Of a stretch of DNA of 64,000 nucleotides, positions 1 to 11,724 are shown in pieces. The position numbers were made by a program, and so were the translations under genes. This DNA comes from Candidatus Multiplicimicrobium inquinatum (GTDB taxonomy: Bacteria > Omnitrophota > Omnitrophia > Omnitrophales > Aquincolibacteriaceae). Below the pieces are notes generated by a model. The model was not told the origin of the DNA. It was given only the letters and a program-made list of their open reading frames with translations, and did no database searches. Positions within the stretch are counted from its first letter, which is position 1. Every line of letters starts with the position of its first letter. Location: assembly GCA_002344825.1 (NCBI GenBank), contig DDUN01000038.1, forward strand, positions 21,061-85,060, given 5' to 3'.

Positions 1-1067
1 AGTGAATGCCAAAGCTGGGTGGGCGGCGCGGCATCATACTCAATCGCGTACCCATAGCGAACGATTTTTGCGTTTTCTAATCCGCGAATCGAATGCACCA
101 TATTCTCCTGCACATCTTTGGGCAGGGAAGTCGAAAGGCCGTTCACATACACTTCGTCCGTGTCCAGGCCTTCCGGCTCCAAATAAATTTGATGTGAAAT
201 TTTATCGGCAAATCGCACCACTTTGTCTTCGATGGAGGGGCAATAGCGCGGACCGGTGCCGACAATGCGTCCGGCGTAAAGCGGGGAACGGTTTAAGTTG
301 TCGCGTATCAACGCGTGCGTTTCCGCGCTTGTGTGCGTGAGATAACATGAAATTTGTTTTTGCGGAATATGGGTTGTCCGGAAAGAAAAAGGACGCGGGG
401 GTTCGTCGCCTTTTTGTTCCTCGGTAACGCTCCAATCAATGCTTGGGTGCAAAAGACGCGGTGGCGTGCCGGTTTTAAAGCGCACAAGCTCAATTCCGTT
501 TTTGCGCAAAGAATCAGAAAGTCCCACGGCAGGCGGCTCATCGCGGCGGCCACCTTCATAATTGGTTTCGCCGATGTGAATCAGCCCCTGCAAAAAAGTT
601 CCGGTCGTTAAAATAACAGTGCGGCTTAAAATAATTTCGCCGTCGCCGGTTTGAATACCATAACAAACGCCGTCCTTGACCAGAAGATTTACACCCATGC
701 CCTTTTTTAAATCAATGTTGGGCGTTGTCTTCAAAGCGCGCTGCATATATTCGGAATAAAGTTTTTTATCGGCTTGCGCGCGGGGAGCCCACACCGCGGG
801 ACCCTTCGAGCGGTTCAGCATGCGGAATTGAATGCCGGTGGCATCCGTGGCGAGTCCCATTTCACCGCCGAGCGCGTCGATTTCGCGCACCATATGGCCC
901 TTGGCAAGCCCGCCAATCGCGGGATTACAGGACATGCGCCCGATGGATTCAATATCCATCGTAAGAACACAAACGGGAAATCCGGCGCGGGCAATGGAAA
1001 GAGAGGCTTCAATGCCGGCATGTCCGGCGCCGACAACGACGGCTGCGTATTCTTTGGTTGAATTCAT
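1..1067 (-). CDS. mnmG: tRNA uridine 5-carboxymethylaminomethyl modification enzyme MnmG/GidA. The 5' part is present; the gene runs off the window start.
   Basis: Minus-strand translation from the ATG (complement of 1065-1067) reads MNSTKEYAAVVVGAGHAGIEASLSIARAGFPVCVL...GIQTGDGEIILSRTVILTTG. This is the FAD-binding N-terminus and conserved core of GidA. It is absent from the ORF track because the frame is open to the window edge. Confidence 0.85.
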   Translation of the reverse strand, partial: MNSTKEYAAVVVGAGHAGIEASLSIARAGFPVCVLTMDIESIGRMSCNPAIGGLAKGHMVREIDALGGEMGLATDATGIQFRMLNRSKGPAVWAPRAQADKKLYSEYMQRALKTTPNIDLKKGMGVNLLVKDGVCYGIQTGDGEIILSRTVILTTGTFLQGLIHIGETNYEGGRRDEPPAVGLSDSLRKNGIELVRFKTGTPPRLLHPSIDWSVTEEQKGDEPPRPFSFRTTHIPQKQISCYLTHTSAETHALIRDNLNRSPLYAGRIVGTGPRYCPSIEDKVVRFADKISHQIYLEPEGLDTDEVYVNGLSTSLPKDVQENMVHSIRGLENAKIVRYGYAIEYDAAPPTQLWHS

Positions 1068-1117
1068 GTTTCTACGGCTGAGCCGTTAAGGCCGCATTCT
1101 CATTTAATTTTTGTGAT

Positions 1118-1147
1118 GCGGCAAAAGCACAAACGGCTTCGCCGTTT
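1118..1147 (-). terminator. Candidate hairpin terminator downstream of yidC on the minus strand.
   Basis: Perfect 7-bp stem AAACGGC/GCCGTTT with a 3-nt loop at 1131-1147. On the minus strand it is followed by GTGCTTTTG. It lies between the yidC stop and the mnmG start. Confidence 0.35.
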
Positions 1148-1153
1148 ACTCTA

Positions 1154-2812
1154 CTAATTGTCTCGGTCTTCGGGATGAAGTTCCGTTTGAATGCGGTTAA
1201 TAAAAACCTGCTGAAGCATGGAAAAAAGATTCTGAAAAATCCAGTACAGTACCAATCCCGAGGGAAAAGACCAGCAAATGAACCCGAAGAAAAAAGGCAT
1301 GATATTCATAATCATTTGCTGTTCGGGCATGGACATCGTTTGCGGCATCATTTTTTGATAGCCGATTTGCGAAGCAACCATCAAAAAAGGAAGAATGTTA
1401 AGCCACTCGCCCAAAAACGGAATTTTAAACGGAAGCTGCATAAATTGATCTTGTGCGGAAAGATCCTGAATCCAAAAAATAAACGGCGCGCCATGCAGTT
1501 CGATCGCTTCCGGAAGCAGGCGGAACATTCCGATTAAAATCGGCAACTGGATTAACATCGGCAAACATCCTGATATCGGGTTCACCTTGTTGCGCTTATA
1601 AAGCTCCATGATTTCTTTTTGCGCGCGCTGCGGATCCTTTTTATATTTTTCCTGAATCGCTTTTTGCTTGGGCGATAAAAGCTGCATTTTTTTCATCGAC
1701 TTTGAGCTAATCAATGTCAGCGGAGCAAAAACGAGCTTGATTAAAAAGGTTAAAAGCAAAATGTCCCAGCCGAAGTTATAGGTAAACTGATGCAAAAACT
1801 TTAAAATCAAAAGCAGCCAAACTTTTGGCGCGCCAAAAAAACCGCGCGAAAGCACTGCCTGAAAACCGTCTTCAAAGCTCTTAAGCGTTTCATAGCGCTG
1901 CGGGCCGGCATAAATTTTAAACCGGACGGTTTCCCGCGAGCCGGGAGCAACGGTTAGCGGATCAAGATGGTTAGACATCATCACTTTTCCGTCTCTCGCT
2001 TCGGCACGGGTCGAAATAATTTTTTGATCGGGGCGGACAATCAAAGCGAAATAGCTTTTAACAAGCGCCGTCCATGCCGCGGGCTCGGAAACCCAAAAAC
2101 CTTTTTTTTCGATTTTTCCAGTATTCGCTGTTTTTAGCCCATTCGCAAAAACCATGGCATCAAAATATTCTCCGGGTTTGGGGTGTCCGCCAAGTGCGTG
2201 ATAATCAGCGCCGTAAATAAACTCGAGCGGATATGTTTTTTCGCGGGCAGAAAGATTTTCAATATCGATGCTGAGCTGAAGCGCGGGAGCGTCGGAAGAA
2301 AGCTGAAATTTTTTTGTCAGGCGAAAAGCGCCCGGCTCTTCATAGGCATAAACTGCTTCGTTTTCCGTTTTGCTCATGAGCTTAAAAGTAGAATGCGTTA
2401 AATGTTCTGCCTGCCCGCGAATTGCGACAGAAAAAATCCCGGGCAAATCCATGTCTCCCTGAAAGAAAGTGGTTTGCGTTAAATGTTCTCGTTTGGACTC
2501 ACCCTTAAACTCAAGCTGTGTGAGGGTTGCGCCGCGGTCGGAAAACTCAGCGAGCATGGTTTTGGTTTCTAATTTAAAAAGCGCCGCGGCGGAGGTTGGC
2601 AGCACTTCCGCTTTTTTTGCTGAAAAAGCACCGGCTTCTTCGGTTGCTTCAGCGGGAACGGAAGCTTTTTCAGAAAAAGCGGGCTTCGCTTCTTCTGCCG
2701 CTGGAGCTGGGGCCTGCGGCGGTTTAACTAAAGCAAAATAGGTAAACAACACCAGCGCGGAAAGGGCGATGGCAAAAAAATAATTTTTTTCAAATGGCTG
2801 GTTTTGATTCAC
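1154..2812 (-). CDS. yidC: Membrane protein insertase YidC/Oxa1 family.
   Basis: 552 aa. The N-terminal TM anchor is followed by a periplasmic domain. The C-terminal region has the 5-TM YidC core (…KQKAIQEKYKKDPQRAQKEIMELYKRNKVNPISGCLPMLIQLPILIGMF…LYWIFQNLFSMLQQ). It sits in the conserved rpmH-rnpA-yidC context. Confidence 0.93.
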   Translation of the reverse strand: MNQNQPFEKNYFFAIALSALVLFTYFALVKPPQAPAPAAEEAKPAFSEKASVPAEATEEAGAFSAKKAEVLPTSAAALFKLETKTMLAEFSDRGATLTQLEFKGESKREHLTQTTFFQGDMDLPGIFSVAIRGQAEHLTHSTFKLMSKTENEAVYAYEEPGAFRLTKKFQLSSDAPALQLSIDIENLSAREKTYPLEFIYGADYHALGGHPKPGEYFDAMVFANGLKTANTGKIEKKGFWVSEPAAWTALVKSYFALIVRPDQKIISTRAEARDGKVMMSNHLDPLTVAPGSRETVRFKIYAGPQRYETLKSFEDGFQAVLSRGFFGAPKVWLLLILKFLHQFTYNFGWDILLLTFLIKLVFAPLTLISSKSMKKMQLLSPKQKAIQEKYKKDPQRAQKEIMELYKRNKVNPISGCLPMLIQLPILIGMFRLLPEAIELHGAPFIFWIQDLSAQDQFMQLPFKIPFLGEWLNILPFLMVASQIGYQKMMPQTMSMPEQQMIMNIMPFFFGFICWSFPSGLVLYWIFQNLFSMLQQVFINRIQTELHPEDRDN

Positions 2813-3191
2813 TTTTTTCTCGATAGTTAAAAATTATTTCCAACAAATCCTGCTCGAGCTCCTGATAAGAAATTTTTTTATCTACATGTCTTGCGATTAA
2901 TACGCAGGCGGTTTGCTCAGGAAGAATGCCGTATTTTTTTCTGAAAGCCTCTCGAAGCTGCCGTCGCATTCGATTTCTCGCAACCGCACGCTTTGATTTT
3001 TTGCGGCTGATCACCACCGCGAGAAAGGGCCCTTTCTCGTTTAAAAGAGGGCTTACTTTTTCGGATGGAATAAGGCGAGCTAAAAGATGTTTTCCGCGAA
3101 ACAATAATCCGTGGTCTAAAACACAGCGGATCTGCTCATCTTTGCGTAAACGCAATGTTGGCTGAGCTTCGCCCTCTGTGTGATGGATCAA
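2790..3191 (-). CDS. rnpA: Ribonuclease P protein component.
   Basis: 133 aa, basic. Contains the RNase P protein signature region …[21 protein letters not shown]…. It lies immediately downstream of rpmH and overlaps the yidC start by 23 nt. No separate yidD ORF is seen. Confidence 0.88.
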   Translation of the reverse strand: MIHHTEGEAQPTLRLRKDEQIRCVLDHGLLFRGKHLLARLIPSEKVSPLLNEKGPFLAVVISRKKSKRAVARNRMRRQLREAFRKKYGILPEQTACVLIARHVDKKISYQELEQDLLEIIFNYREKSESKPAI

Positions 3192-3198
3192 GCGGTTG

Positions 3199-3325
3199 TT
3201 AAACGTTTACGCCCTTTTTTCCGGCGTCGCGCGAGCGTTTTGCGTCCGTCTTTTGTGCTCTTCTTCTTGAGAAAGCCGTGCTTTCTTTTTCTGCGCCGTT
3301 TTTTCGGCTGATATGTCCGTTTCAC
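3199..3325 (-). CDS. rpmH: 50S ribosomal protein L34 with a GTG start.
   Basis: Minus-strand translation is [41 protein letters not shown] (41 codons). This is the classic very basic L34 pattern. An AGGAGG RBS lies 5 nt upstream. The ORF is not in the six-frame track because of its size and GTG start. Confidence 0.85.
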
Positions 3326-3614
3326 CCGATCCTCCTAGATATAAAATCAAAAACGAACCCGCTTGATCAACAAGGTGATTTCTGTGGGTTCGCGCCGCGG
3401 ATTATAACAAAACATACCCGAATATCCAGCCTTTTTGTTCCGCAGCAGAAAGAACACGTGTTTTTTAATTATTTTTTTGGACATTTGTCTTTGTTTTTAG
3501 GTAGAATGCGCACCTTGATTTTATTAACTTTTGCCTGTTGATAAGTTGTTTATAGTTTGTTTCTTCTATACCTACACTTATCCACAGGTTATTAAAAAGC
3601 TGTTTATAACACTC
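3326..3614. promoter_or_regulatory. AT-rich rpmH-dnaA intergenic region with DnaA boxes. It is one of two candidate oriC/dnaA-promoter regions.
   Basis: A perfect consensus DnaA box TTATCCACA lies at 3578-3586. A one-mismatch box TGTTGATAA (reverse complement TTATCAACA) lies at 3536-3544. A further degenerate box TGTTTATAA is near 3601. There is a long AT-rich run around 3460-3530. The divergent rpmH and dnaA genes flank the region. Confidence 0.55.
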
Positions 3615-4958
3615 ATGTCAGCACCGCAAACAGAATCATCGGCCTTGGTTTGGGACAAGGTTTGCGCTTGTCTTAAGCGAGAGCTAAGTGAAAGATCCTT
3701 TCAAACCTGGTTTGGCCCCATTTCAATCAGCTCCCTCGAAGGCGCATCTGTCGCCCTGGCTGTTCCCGACAGTTATTACGGAAAATGGCTTTATGAACAC
3801 TATCAAAACCTGATTGAAAGCTCTTTTCAGGATGTTTTGGGTAAAAAAATGACTGTCTCCTATCTTGTTGTAGAGAAAGCACTTATACAAGAAAAGGGCC
3901 CTTCTTTACAGCCTGCTTCCGCGGCATCGGCACGGATTGATGGAATGAATCCTAACTATACCTTTGATTCTTTTGTGATTGGTCCCGGAAATCGCTTTGC
4001 TCACGCTGCTGCCACCGCTGTAAGTGATGCTCCTGCAAAGAATTACAACCCTTTGTTTGTTTATGGTCGCGCAGGGTTGGGAAAAACCCACTTATTGCAA
4101 TCAATCGCGAACGAAGTTAAAAATAAAAATCCACGCTTTAACGTTCTTTATATGTCAAGCGAGAAGTTTGTAAATCAACTTATAACATCAATTCAAACAA
4201 AAAAAACAGGTGAGTTTCGGGCGCGCTATAGAAATTGCGATCTTCTTCTTATTGATGATATTCACTTTATTGCGGATAAAGAAGCAACTCAGGAAGAGTT
4301 TTTTCACACTTTCAATACTCTCTATGATGCGCATAAACAAATTGTTGTTTCAAGTGATCGTCCGCCAAAAGAAATTCCCGGGCTTGAAGAGAGGCTTGTT
4401 AGCCGTTTTGCGTGGGGCCTTGTCACAGATATTCAGCCGCCGGACTTTGAAACGCGCGTCGCGATTTTAAAGAAAAAAATAGAAAAGGAAACGGTCGCGG
4501 TTCCGGACGATGTTGCTTATTTTATTGCGTCTAAAATTAAATCCAATATTCGGGAGCTGGAGGGCGCGCTTATTCGCGTTGTTGCTTATTGCACGCTGAC
4601 GGGAGCGATTTTAGATGTTAAACTTGCCGAATCCGTTTTAAAAGATTCCTTTCATGAAGAGTCTCAAAAGTTTTCTATAGAGGAAGTTCAAAAGGTGGTG
4701 GCGGAGTATTTTCATATTCATGTTGCGGATTTGCGTTCAAAAACACGGACGCGTTCGGTTGTAAAACCAAGACAGTATGCGATGTTTCTTATTCGTGATA
4801 TGACAAAGTATTCTCTTCCTGAAATTGGTGATTTTTTTGGGGGAAGAGATCACACAACCGTGCTTCATGCCTGTAAAACAGTAACAAATGAGCGGTTAAA
4901 AGATCCGGAAATTGCTAAAATGTTAGAGACGCTTAAGAATATGTTGAAGAAATCTTAA
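3615..4958 (+). CDS. dnaA: Chromosomal replication initiator protein DnaA.
   Basis: The protein begins MSAPQTESSALVWDKVCACLKRELSERSFQTWFGPI…. Walker A is GRAGLGKTHLLQSIAN and Walker B is LLLIDDIHFIADK. Sensor and DNA-binding domain motifs are KPRQYAMFLIRDMTKYSLPEIG…DHTTV. The track ORF starts further upstream at 3531 (MPVDKLF…). The ATG at 3615 is chosen because it matches the DnaA N-terminus and lies downstream of the DnaA box. Confidence 0.95.
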   Translation: MSAPQTESSALVWDKVCACLKRELSERSFQTWFGPISISSLEGASVALAVPDSYYGKWLYEHYQNLIESSFQDVLGKKMTVSYLVVEKALIQEKGPSLQPASAASARIDGMNPNYTFDSFVIGPGNRFAHAAATAVSDAPAKNYNPLFVYGRAGLGKTHLLQSIANEVKNKNPRFNVLYMSSEKFVNQLITSIQTKKTGEFRARYRNCDLLLIDDIHFIADKEATQEEFFHTFNTLYDAHKQIVVSSDRPPKEIPGLEERLVSRFAWGLVTDIQPPDFETRVAILKKKIEKETVAVPDDVAYFIASKIKSNIRELEGALIRVVAYCTLTGAILDVKLAESVLKDSFHEESQKFSIEEVQKVVAEYFHIHVADLRSKTRTRSVVKPRQYAMFLIRDMTKYSLPEIGDFFGGRDHTTVLHACKTVTNERLKDPEIAKMLETLKNMLKKS

Positions 4959-5090
4959 GTTATGAACAGCTTTCTTTTATTGAAAAAGGTTACTGTTAAA
5001 AGGGTTATTGTGGTTTTCCACATTTCCACAACCCCTATTACAACGACTACTTCTTTATATAAAAATTTAGATAGGAGCAGAAGATAGTAA
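4959..5090. promoter_or_regulatory. dnaA-dnaN intergenic region with a second DnaA-box cluster. It is an alternative oriC candidate.
   Basis: Overlapping boxes TTTTCCACA (5013-5021) and ATTTCCACA (5021-5029) are present, plus TGTGG just upstream. They are flanked by AT-rich sequence (ttctttatataaaaatttagatagg) that could serve as a DNA-unwinding element. Confidence 0.45.
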
Positions 5091-6188
5091 ATGGATATAC
5101 GCATCGATAAAAACGAATTATTGTCGAAAATTTCTTTAGGGGTGAATATCAGTTCTTCAAAAGCGACAACCCTTCCTATTTTAAGCAACCTCCTACTTGA
5201 AACTAAAAAAAATAAACTTCAAATTATTGCCACAGATATGGAAGTAGGTGTTTTAACTTCTTGTAGTGCTGAAATTAAAGAAGAAGGAAGTGTGACGGCG
5301 CCGGCAAGAAAATTTTATGACATCGTGAAAGAATTATCCGACGGAGATGTGGAGATTCAAGTATCAAAAAACCACACCGTTCAAATTAAATCCGGCAAAT
5401 CCGTTTTCAAAGTGATGGGAATGGATAAAGAAGATTATCCGCAGCTTCCGGAGCCGTCACTTGAAAACGCGATTGAAATGGAACAAAACACACTTAAAGA
5501 AGCGCTCCAACTTACTTCTTTTGCCGTTTCACGCGATGAAACAAGATATGTTTTAAATGGCATTTTAGTTTCATTTAAATCAGATATTTTTCGATGTGTT
5601 GCCACAGACGGAAGACGACTTGCATATTATGAGAAAAAACTTCCGAGTAAAATAAAAAAAGATATTGAAATTATTATTCCGAGTAAAGCCGTTCATGAAT
5701 TATCTAAACTTTTAGGGTGGGACGGAACCGTTCAAATTTCTGTTTTTCAAAACAAAGTTGTTTTTTGTGTCGCGAATACTTTTTTAAGCGCCACTCTTAT
5801 TGAAGGTAAATTTCCTAATTACGAGCAGGTGATTCCAAAAGGAAAAGGAACCACCGCTGAAATTAACAGAAATGAATTATTGCAATGCTTGCGTCGTGCC
5901 GCGCTTTTAACATCGACCGAAGCACCGGCTGTAAAAGTTGATTTTTTAAAAGGGCGCGTCATGATTACCGCGCGCACACCGAATTTAGGCGAAGCAAAAG
6001 AAGAAGCGGTTAGCCGGCACGAAGGCAAAGAAATGACAATCGGATTCAACCCTGATTATTTAATGGATGTTTTAAAAAATTTAGAAACGGATAATATTGT
6101 TTTTACTTTGAGTGATGCGGATAAGCCCGGTGTTGTGGAAGGCAAAGAAGGCTATCTTTACGTTATTATGCCGATGCAAATACACTGA
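5091..6188 (+). CDS. dnaN: DNA polymerase III beta sliding clamp.
   Basis: 365 aa with a three-domain clamp pattern. The N-terminus is MDIRIDKNELLSKISLGVNISSSK…LLLETKKNKLQIIATDMEVGV and the C-terminus is …YLYVIMPMQIH. It is in the canonical position after dnaA. Confidence 0.93.
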   Translation: MDIRIDKNELLSKISLGVNISSSKATTLPILSNLLLETKKNKLQIIATDMEVGVLTSCSAEIKEEGSVTAPARKFYDIVKELSDGDVEIQVSKNHTVQIKSGKSVFKVMGMDKEDYPQLPEPSLENAIEMEQNTLKEALQLTSFAVSRDETRYVLNGILVSFKSDIFRCVATDGRRLAYYEKKLPSKIKKDIEIIIPSKAVHELSKLLGWDGTVQISVFQNKVVFCVANTFLSATLIEGKFPNYEQVIPKGKGTTAEINRNELLQCLRRAALLTSTEAPAVKVDFLKGRVMITARTPNLGEAKEEAVSRHEGKEMTIGFNPDYLMDVLKNLETDNIVFTLSDADKPGVVEGKEGYLYVIMPMQIH

Positions 6189-6231
6189 CATGTTTTCCTC
6201 TGTGCCGAAGGCACAACCGGAGACGATGTAG

Positions 6232-6516
6232 ATGGAAGAAATGAAGGGGCTTGTCGGGCGGGTTTTGGCAGGGATGGTGGACCCTGGGTCGCCGCAAAAC
6301 AAACTATCGCAGGAATGGGAAAAAGTAGCGGGAAAAAAAATCGCCGCCTTCTCCAGACCGTTTGTTTCGAAAAAGAAAATTTTGTACGTCGAAGTTTCAG
6401 ACGGGGGATATGCGTTTGAGATTCGGCAAAAATACCAAGCGTCGCTTTTAAAGCGGGCGCAGGCATTGCTCGGCGAAGAAAATATTTTAGATATTAGAAT
6501 CATTGTTCGTCCTTAA
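6232..6516 (+). CDS. Small DUF721-type protein, possibly a DciA-like helicase-operator factor.
   Basis: 94 aa. It occupies the position between dnaN and gyrB that DUF721/DciA-like ORFs typically hold in dnaA-dnaN-(recF)-gyrB loci. A GGAG RBS is present. The assignment rests on context and size, not on a strong motif. Confidence 0.45.
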   Translation: MEEMKGLVGRVLAGMVDPGSPQNKLSQEWEKVAGKKIAAFSRPFVSKKKILYVEVSDGGYAFEIRQKYQASLLKRAQALLGEENILDIRIIVRP

Positions 6517-6520
6517 CTGA

Positions 6521-8962
<2,442 letters not shown>

Positions 8963-9035
8963 GGCTCTGAGCGCACAGCGCTCAACCGCCGACGAGCAAC
9001 ACTATTTTTAAAGAATAAAGCAGAGGGTACAAAGA

Positions 9036-11513
9036 ATGGCTGACGAAAAGAATCTTTACGCGATGAATGAAAAAATCATTCCGATTGCAATCGAAGATGA
9101 AATGAAAAAATCGTACATCGATTATTCGATGTCGGTTATCGTGGGCCGTGCTTTGCCTGACGTCCGTGACGGACTCAAGCCGGTGCATCGCCGCATTTTG
9201 TTCGCGATGAACGAACTGGGCTTTGCCTATAACAAACCTTATAAAAAATCCGCGCGTATTGTGGGTGAAGTGCTCGGTAAATTTCACCCCCATGGCGATA
9301 CCGCCGTCTATGACACGCTTGTGCGTATGGTGCAGGACTTTTCTCTTCGTTATCCATTGATTGACGGACAGGGAAACTTCGGGTCCATCGACGGCGACCG
9401 CGCCGCGGCGATGCGTTATACCGAAGCGCGTTTGGCGCAAGTCTCTAACGAGCTTTTGGAAGACATCGACAAGAACACCGTTGATTTTGTTCCGAACTTT
9501 GACGAATCGCTGAAGGAGCCAACCGTGCTTCCTTCCCGTATTCCGAATTTGCTTGTGAACGGCTCCGCCGGTATTGCGGTGGGTATGGCAACGAACATTC
9601 CGCCGCATAATTTAAACGAAGTGGTCAGCGGTATTTTAGCGACCATCGAAAACCCCGATATCACCATTAAAGATTTGATGAAGCATGTGAAAGGGCCGGA
9701 CTTTCCGACCGCGGGAACGATTATGGGCCGGGACGGAATTCGCTCGGCTTATGAAACAGGTCGCGGCAAAGTTTTGATCCGCGCGAAGGCTGTGATTGAA
9801 TCAGGCCCCAAAAAAGAAGCCATCGTTATCACCGAAATTCCGTATCAGGTCAATAAAACCAATTTGATCGAATCGATCGTCGGTCTTGTTGAATCCAAAA
9901 AAGTCGAAGGCATTTCCGATATTCGCGATGAATCCGACCGTGACGGAATGCGCGTTGTTATCGAGCTGAAGCGTGACGCGAACGCTCAGGTTGTTTTGAA
10001 TCAGCTGTATAAACATACCCAAATGCAGCAGACGTTCGGCATTATTATGCTTTCGCTCGTGAAAGGGCAGCCGCGCGTTCTGAACTTGAAACAAATGATC
10101 GAATACTTCATTGATTTTCGCGTTGAAGTGATCATGAAGCGCACGAAGTTTGATCTTGAGAAAGCGGAAAAACGCGCCCATATCTTAGAGGGTTTGAAAA
10201 TCGCGGTAGATAACATCGACAAGATTATCAAGATCATCCGCGGCGCGAAAAACCCGGAAGATGCGAAAAATGAATTGATCAAACAATTCAAGCTCTCGGT
10301 GCTTCAGGCGCAGGCGATCTTAGAGTTGCAGCTCCAAAGATTAACCCAGCTTGAGCGGCATAAGATCGACGAAGAATACGCCGAGCTTCTCAAGAAAATC
10401 AGCGAATTGAAATCTATTTTGAAGAGCCGTCAAAAAGTTCTTCATATAATCAGCGAAGAATCCAAAGAGCTTGTTAAGAAAACCGGCGATGAGCGGCGCA
10501 CGCAAATTGTGGCCGCGGAAAAAGAAATCGACATCGAAGATTTGATTGTTGAAGAAGATGTTGTGATCACGCTTTCGCACGCAGGCTACATCAAGCGCAT
10601 TCCGGTTTCCTCTTACCGCAAGCAGAATCGCGGCGGCTCCGGCGTGAACGCGGCTGGCATGAAAGACGACGATGATTTCATCGAGCATTTGTTCCTTTGT
10701 TCAACGCATGAAACTATTTTGTTCTTCACTAACACGGGCCGTGTTTATTGGCGCAAGGCTTATGACATTCCGCAGGCCTCCCGTATCGCGAAGGGTAAAT
10801 CCATCGCGAATGTGTTGGCGCTGAATCCAACCGAAAAGATTCAAAGCTTCCTCAAGGTGAAAGAGTTTGATGATAAACGCTTTGTGGTCATGATTACGAA
10901 GAACGGTATTATCAAGAAGACGCGCCTTGTGCATTATTCACGTCCGCGCGCGGGCGGCGTGCAGGCGATTACGCTGCGCGACAAAGACGAGCTTGTTTCG
11001 TGCATGATTACCACCGGCGAAGACACGATTTTTATCGCGTCCCGCGAAGGTATGGCGATTCAGTTTAGCGAAAAAGACGCGCGTGAATTAGGCCGCACGG
11101 CATCCGGCGTGATGGGAATGCGCCTCGATAAAAAAGATTACGTGATCGCGGCTGAATTAACACAGCCCGAATCAACCGCGCTGACAGTTACCGAATCCGG
11201 TTACGGCAAGAAAACGTATTACAAAGAATACCGTCTTCAATCCCGCGGCGGCAAAGGTGTCATCAACGCTAATGTCACCGATAAAAACGGCAAAGTCGTG
11301 AATGTCATTACCGTAACCGAAGACGATGAAATTATCGTCATGACGGATAAGGGCATGGTTGTTCGCAGCGCGGTAAATCAGATCCGCACAACAAGCCGCA
11401 ATACTCAGGGCGTGCGTATTATCCGCCTGAAAGACGGCCATAAAGTTGTTTCCGCTGCGCGCGTGGTTGCCGGCGAAGATGACGGCGAAGCTGAGCTTGA
11501 TCTGACAAAATAA
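9036..11513 (+). CDS. gyrA: DNA gyrase subunit A.
   Basis: 825 aa. It contains …[26 protein letters not shown]… (the active-site Tyr region) and [10 protein letters not shown]. The C-terminal beta-pinwheel repeats include a GyrA-box-like QNRGGSGV. Confidence 0.97.
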   Translation: MADEKNLYAMNEKIIPIAIEDEMKKSYIDYSMSVIVGRALPDVRDGLKPVHRRILFAMNELGFAYNKPYKKSARIVGEVLGKFHPHGDTAVYDTLVRMVQDFSLRYPLIDGQGNFGSIDGDRAAAMRYTEARLAQVSNELLEDIDKNTVDFVPNFDESLKEPTVLPSRIPNLLVNGSAGIAVGMATNIPPHNLNEVVSGILATIENPDITIKDLMKHVKGPDFPTAGTIMGRDGIRSAYETGRGKVLIRAKAVIESGPKKEAIVITEIPYQVNKTNLIESIVGLVESKKVEGISDIRDESDRDGMRVVIELKRDANAQVVLNQLYKHTQMQQTFGIIMLSLVKGQPRVLNLKQMIEYFIDFRVEVIMKRTKFDLEKAEKRAHILEGLKIAVDNIDKIIKIIRGAKNPEDAKNELIKQFKLSVLQAQAILELQLQRLTQLERHKIDEEYAELLKKISELKSILKSRQKVLHIISEESKELVKKTGDERRTQIVAAEKEIDIEDLIVEEDVVITLSHAGYIKRIPVSSYRKQNRGGSGVNAAGMKDDDDFIEHLFLCSTHETILFFTNTGRVYWRKAYDIPQASRIAKGKSIANVLALNPTEKIQSFLKVKEFDDKRFVVMITKNGIIKKTRLVHYSRPRAGGVQAITLRDKDELVSCMITTGEDTIFIASREGMAIQFSEKDARELGRTASGVMGMRLDKKDYVIAAELTQPESTALTVTESGYGKKTYYKEYRLQSRGGKGVINANVTDKNGKVVNVITVTEDDEIIVMTDKGMVVRSAVNQIRTTSRNTQGVRIIRLKDGHKVVSAARVVAGEDDGEAELDLTK

Positions 11514-11520
11514 TTTGTTC

Positions 11521-11556
11521 TGCGCCTGCGGCGCAACCATGGGGGCTTTTTATTTT
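11521..11556 (+). terminator. Possible terminator hairpin after gyrA.
   Basis: TGCGCC-TGC-GGCGCA hairpin at 11521-11535, followed 11 nt later by CTTTTTATTTT. The geometry is not ideal. Confidence 0.25.
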
Positions 11557-11610
11557 AGCTCCGGGCTTTGCTCGACCGCGGAAAAGCAATCTTAAACAGG
11601 AAAAGTTTGA

Positions 11611-11724
11611 ATGTTAGATTTAAAAAAATTACGCGAAACACCGAATATTTTTAAAACGGGCGTTGCCGCGCTGAAATATTTTGGCTCTGCGGATTCGCCG
11701 CAACCACGGAGCACATATGCTTGA
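11611..11724 (+). CDS. 37-codon upstream ORF whose first ~20 codons are a near-duplicate of the serS 5' end. It may be a leader peptide or a duplication relic.
   Basis: It translates MLDLKKLRETPNIFKTGVAALKYFGSADSPQPRSTYA*. The serS start reads MLDLKKLREAPDIYKAGVAS. Its TGA stop (11722-11724) overlaps serS codons 2-3 (ATGCTTGA). A purine-rich stretch lies upstream of its ATG. Confidence 0.4.
   Translation: MLDLKKLRETPNIFKTGVAALKYFGSADSPQPRSTYA

Noticed and set aside
2-340. 112-aa plus-strand ORF at the window start.
   Set aside because: It is antisense to the clearly recognisable mnmG coding sequence and has an Arg-rich artefact composition.
1175-1537. 120-aa plus-strand ORF inside yidC.
   Set aside because: It is antisense to the YidC core. 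It is K/R-rich and has no RBS.
8967-8986. Hairpin TGAGCGC-aca-GCGCTCA after gyrB, as a terminator.
   Set aside because: There is no adjacent T-run, and gyrA follows within 70 nt and is probably co-transcribed. It is more likely a processing or stability structure. The evidence is insufficient to call it.
9801-10688. Several 96-126-aa minus-strand ORFs inside gyrA.
   Set aside because: They are antisense to a high-confidence gyrA and are hydrophobic or Phe-rich artefacts.
11681-11716. TTG-initiated 12-codon N-terminal extension of serS in the ORF track.
   Set aside because: The SerS N-terminus aligns from the ATG at 11717 (MLDLKKLRE…). The extension is the tail of the upstream uORF read in another frame.
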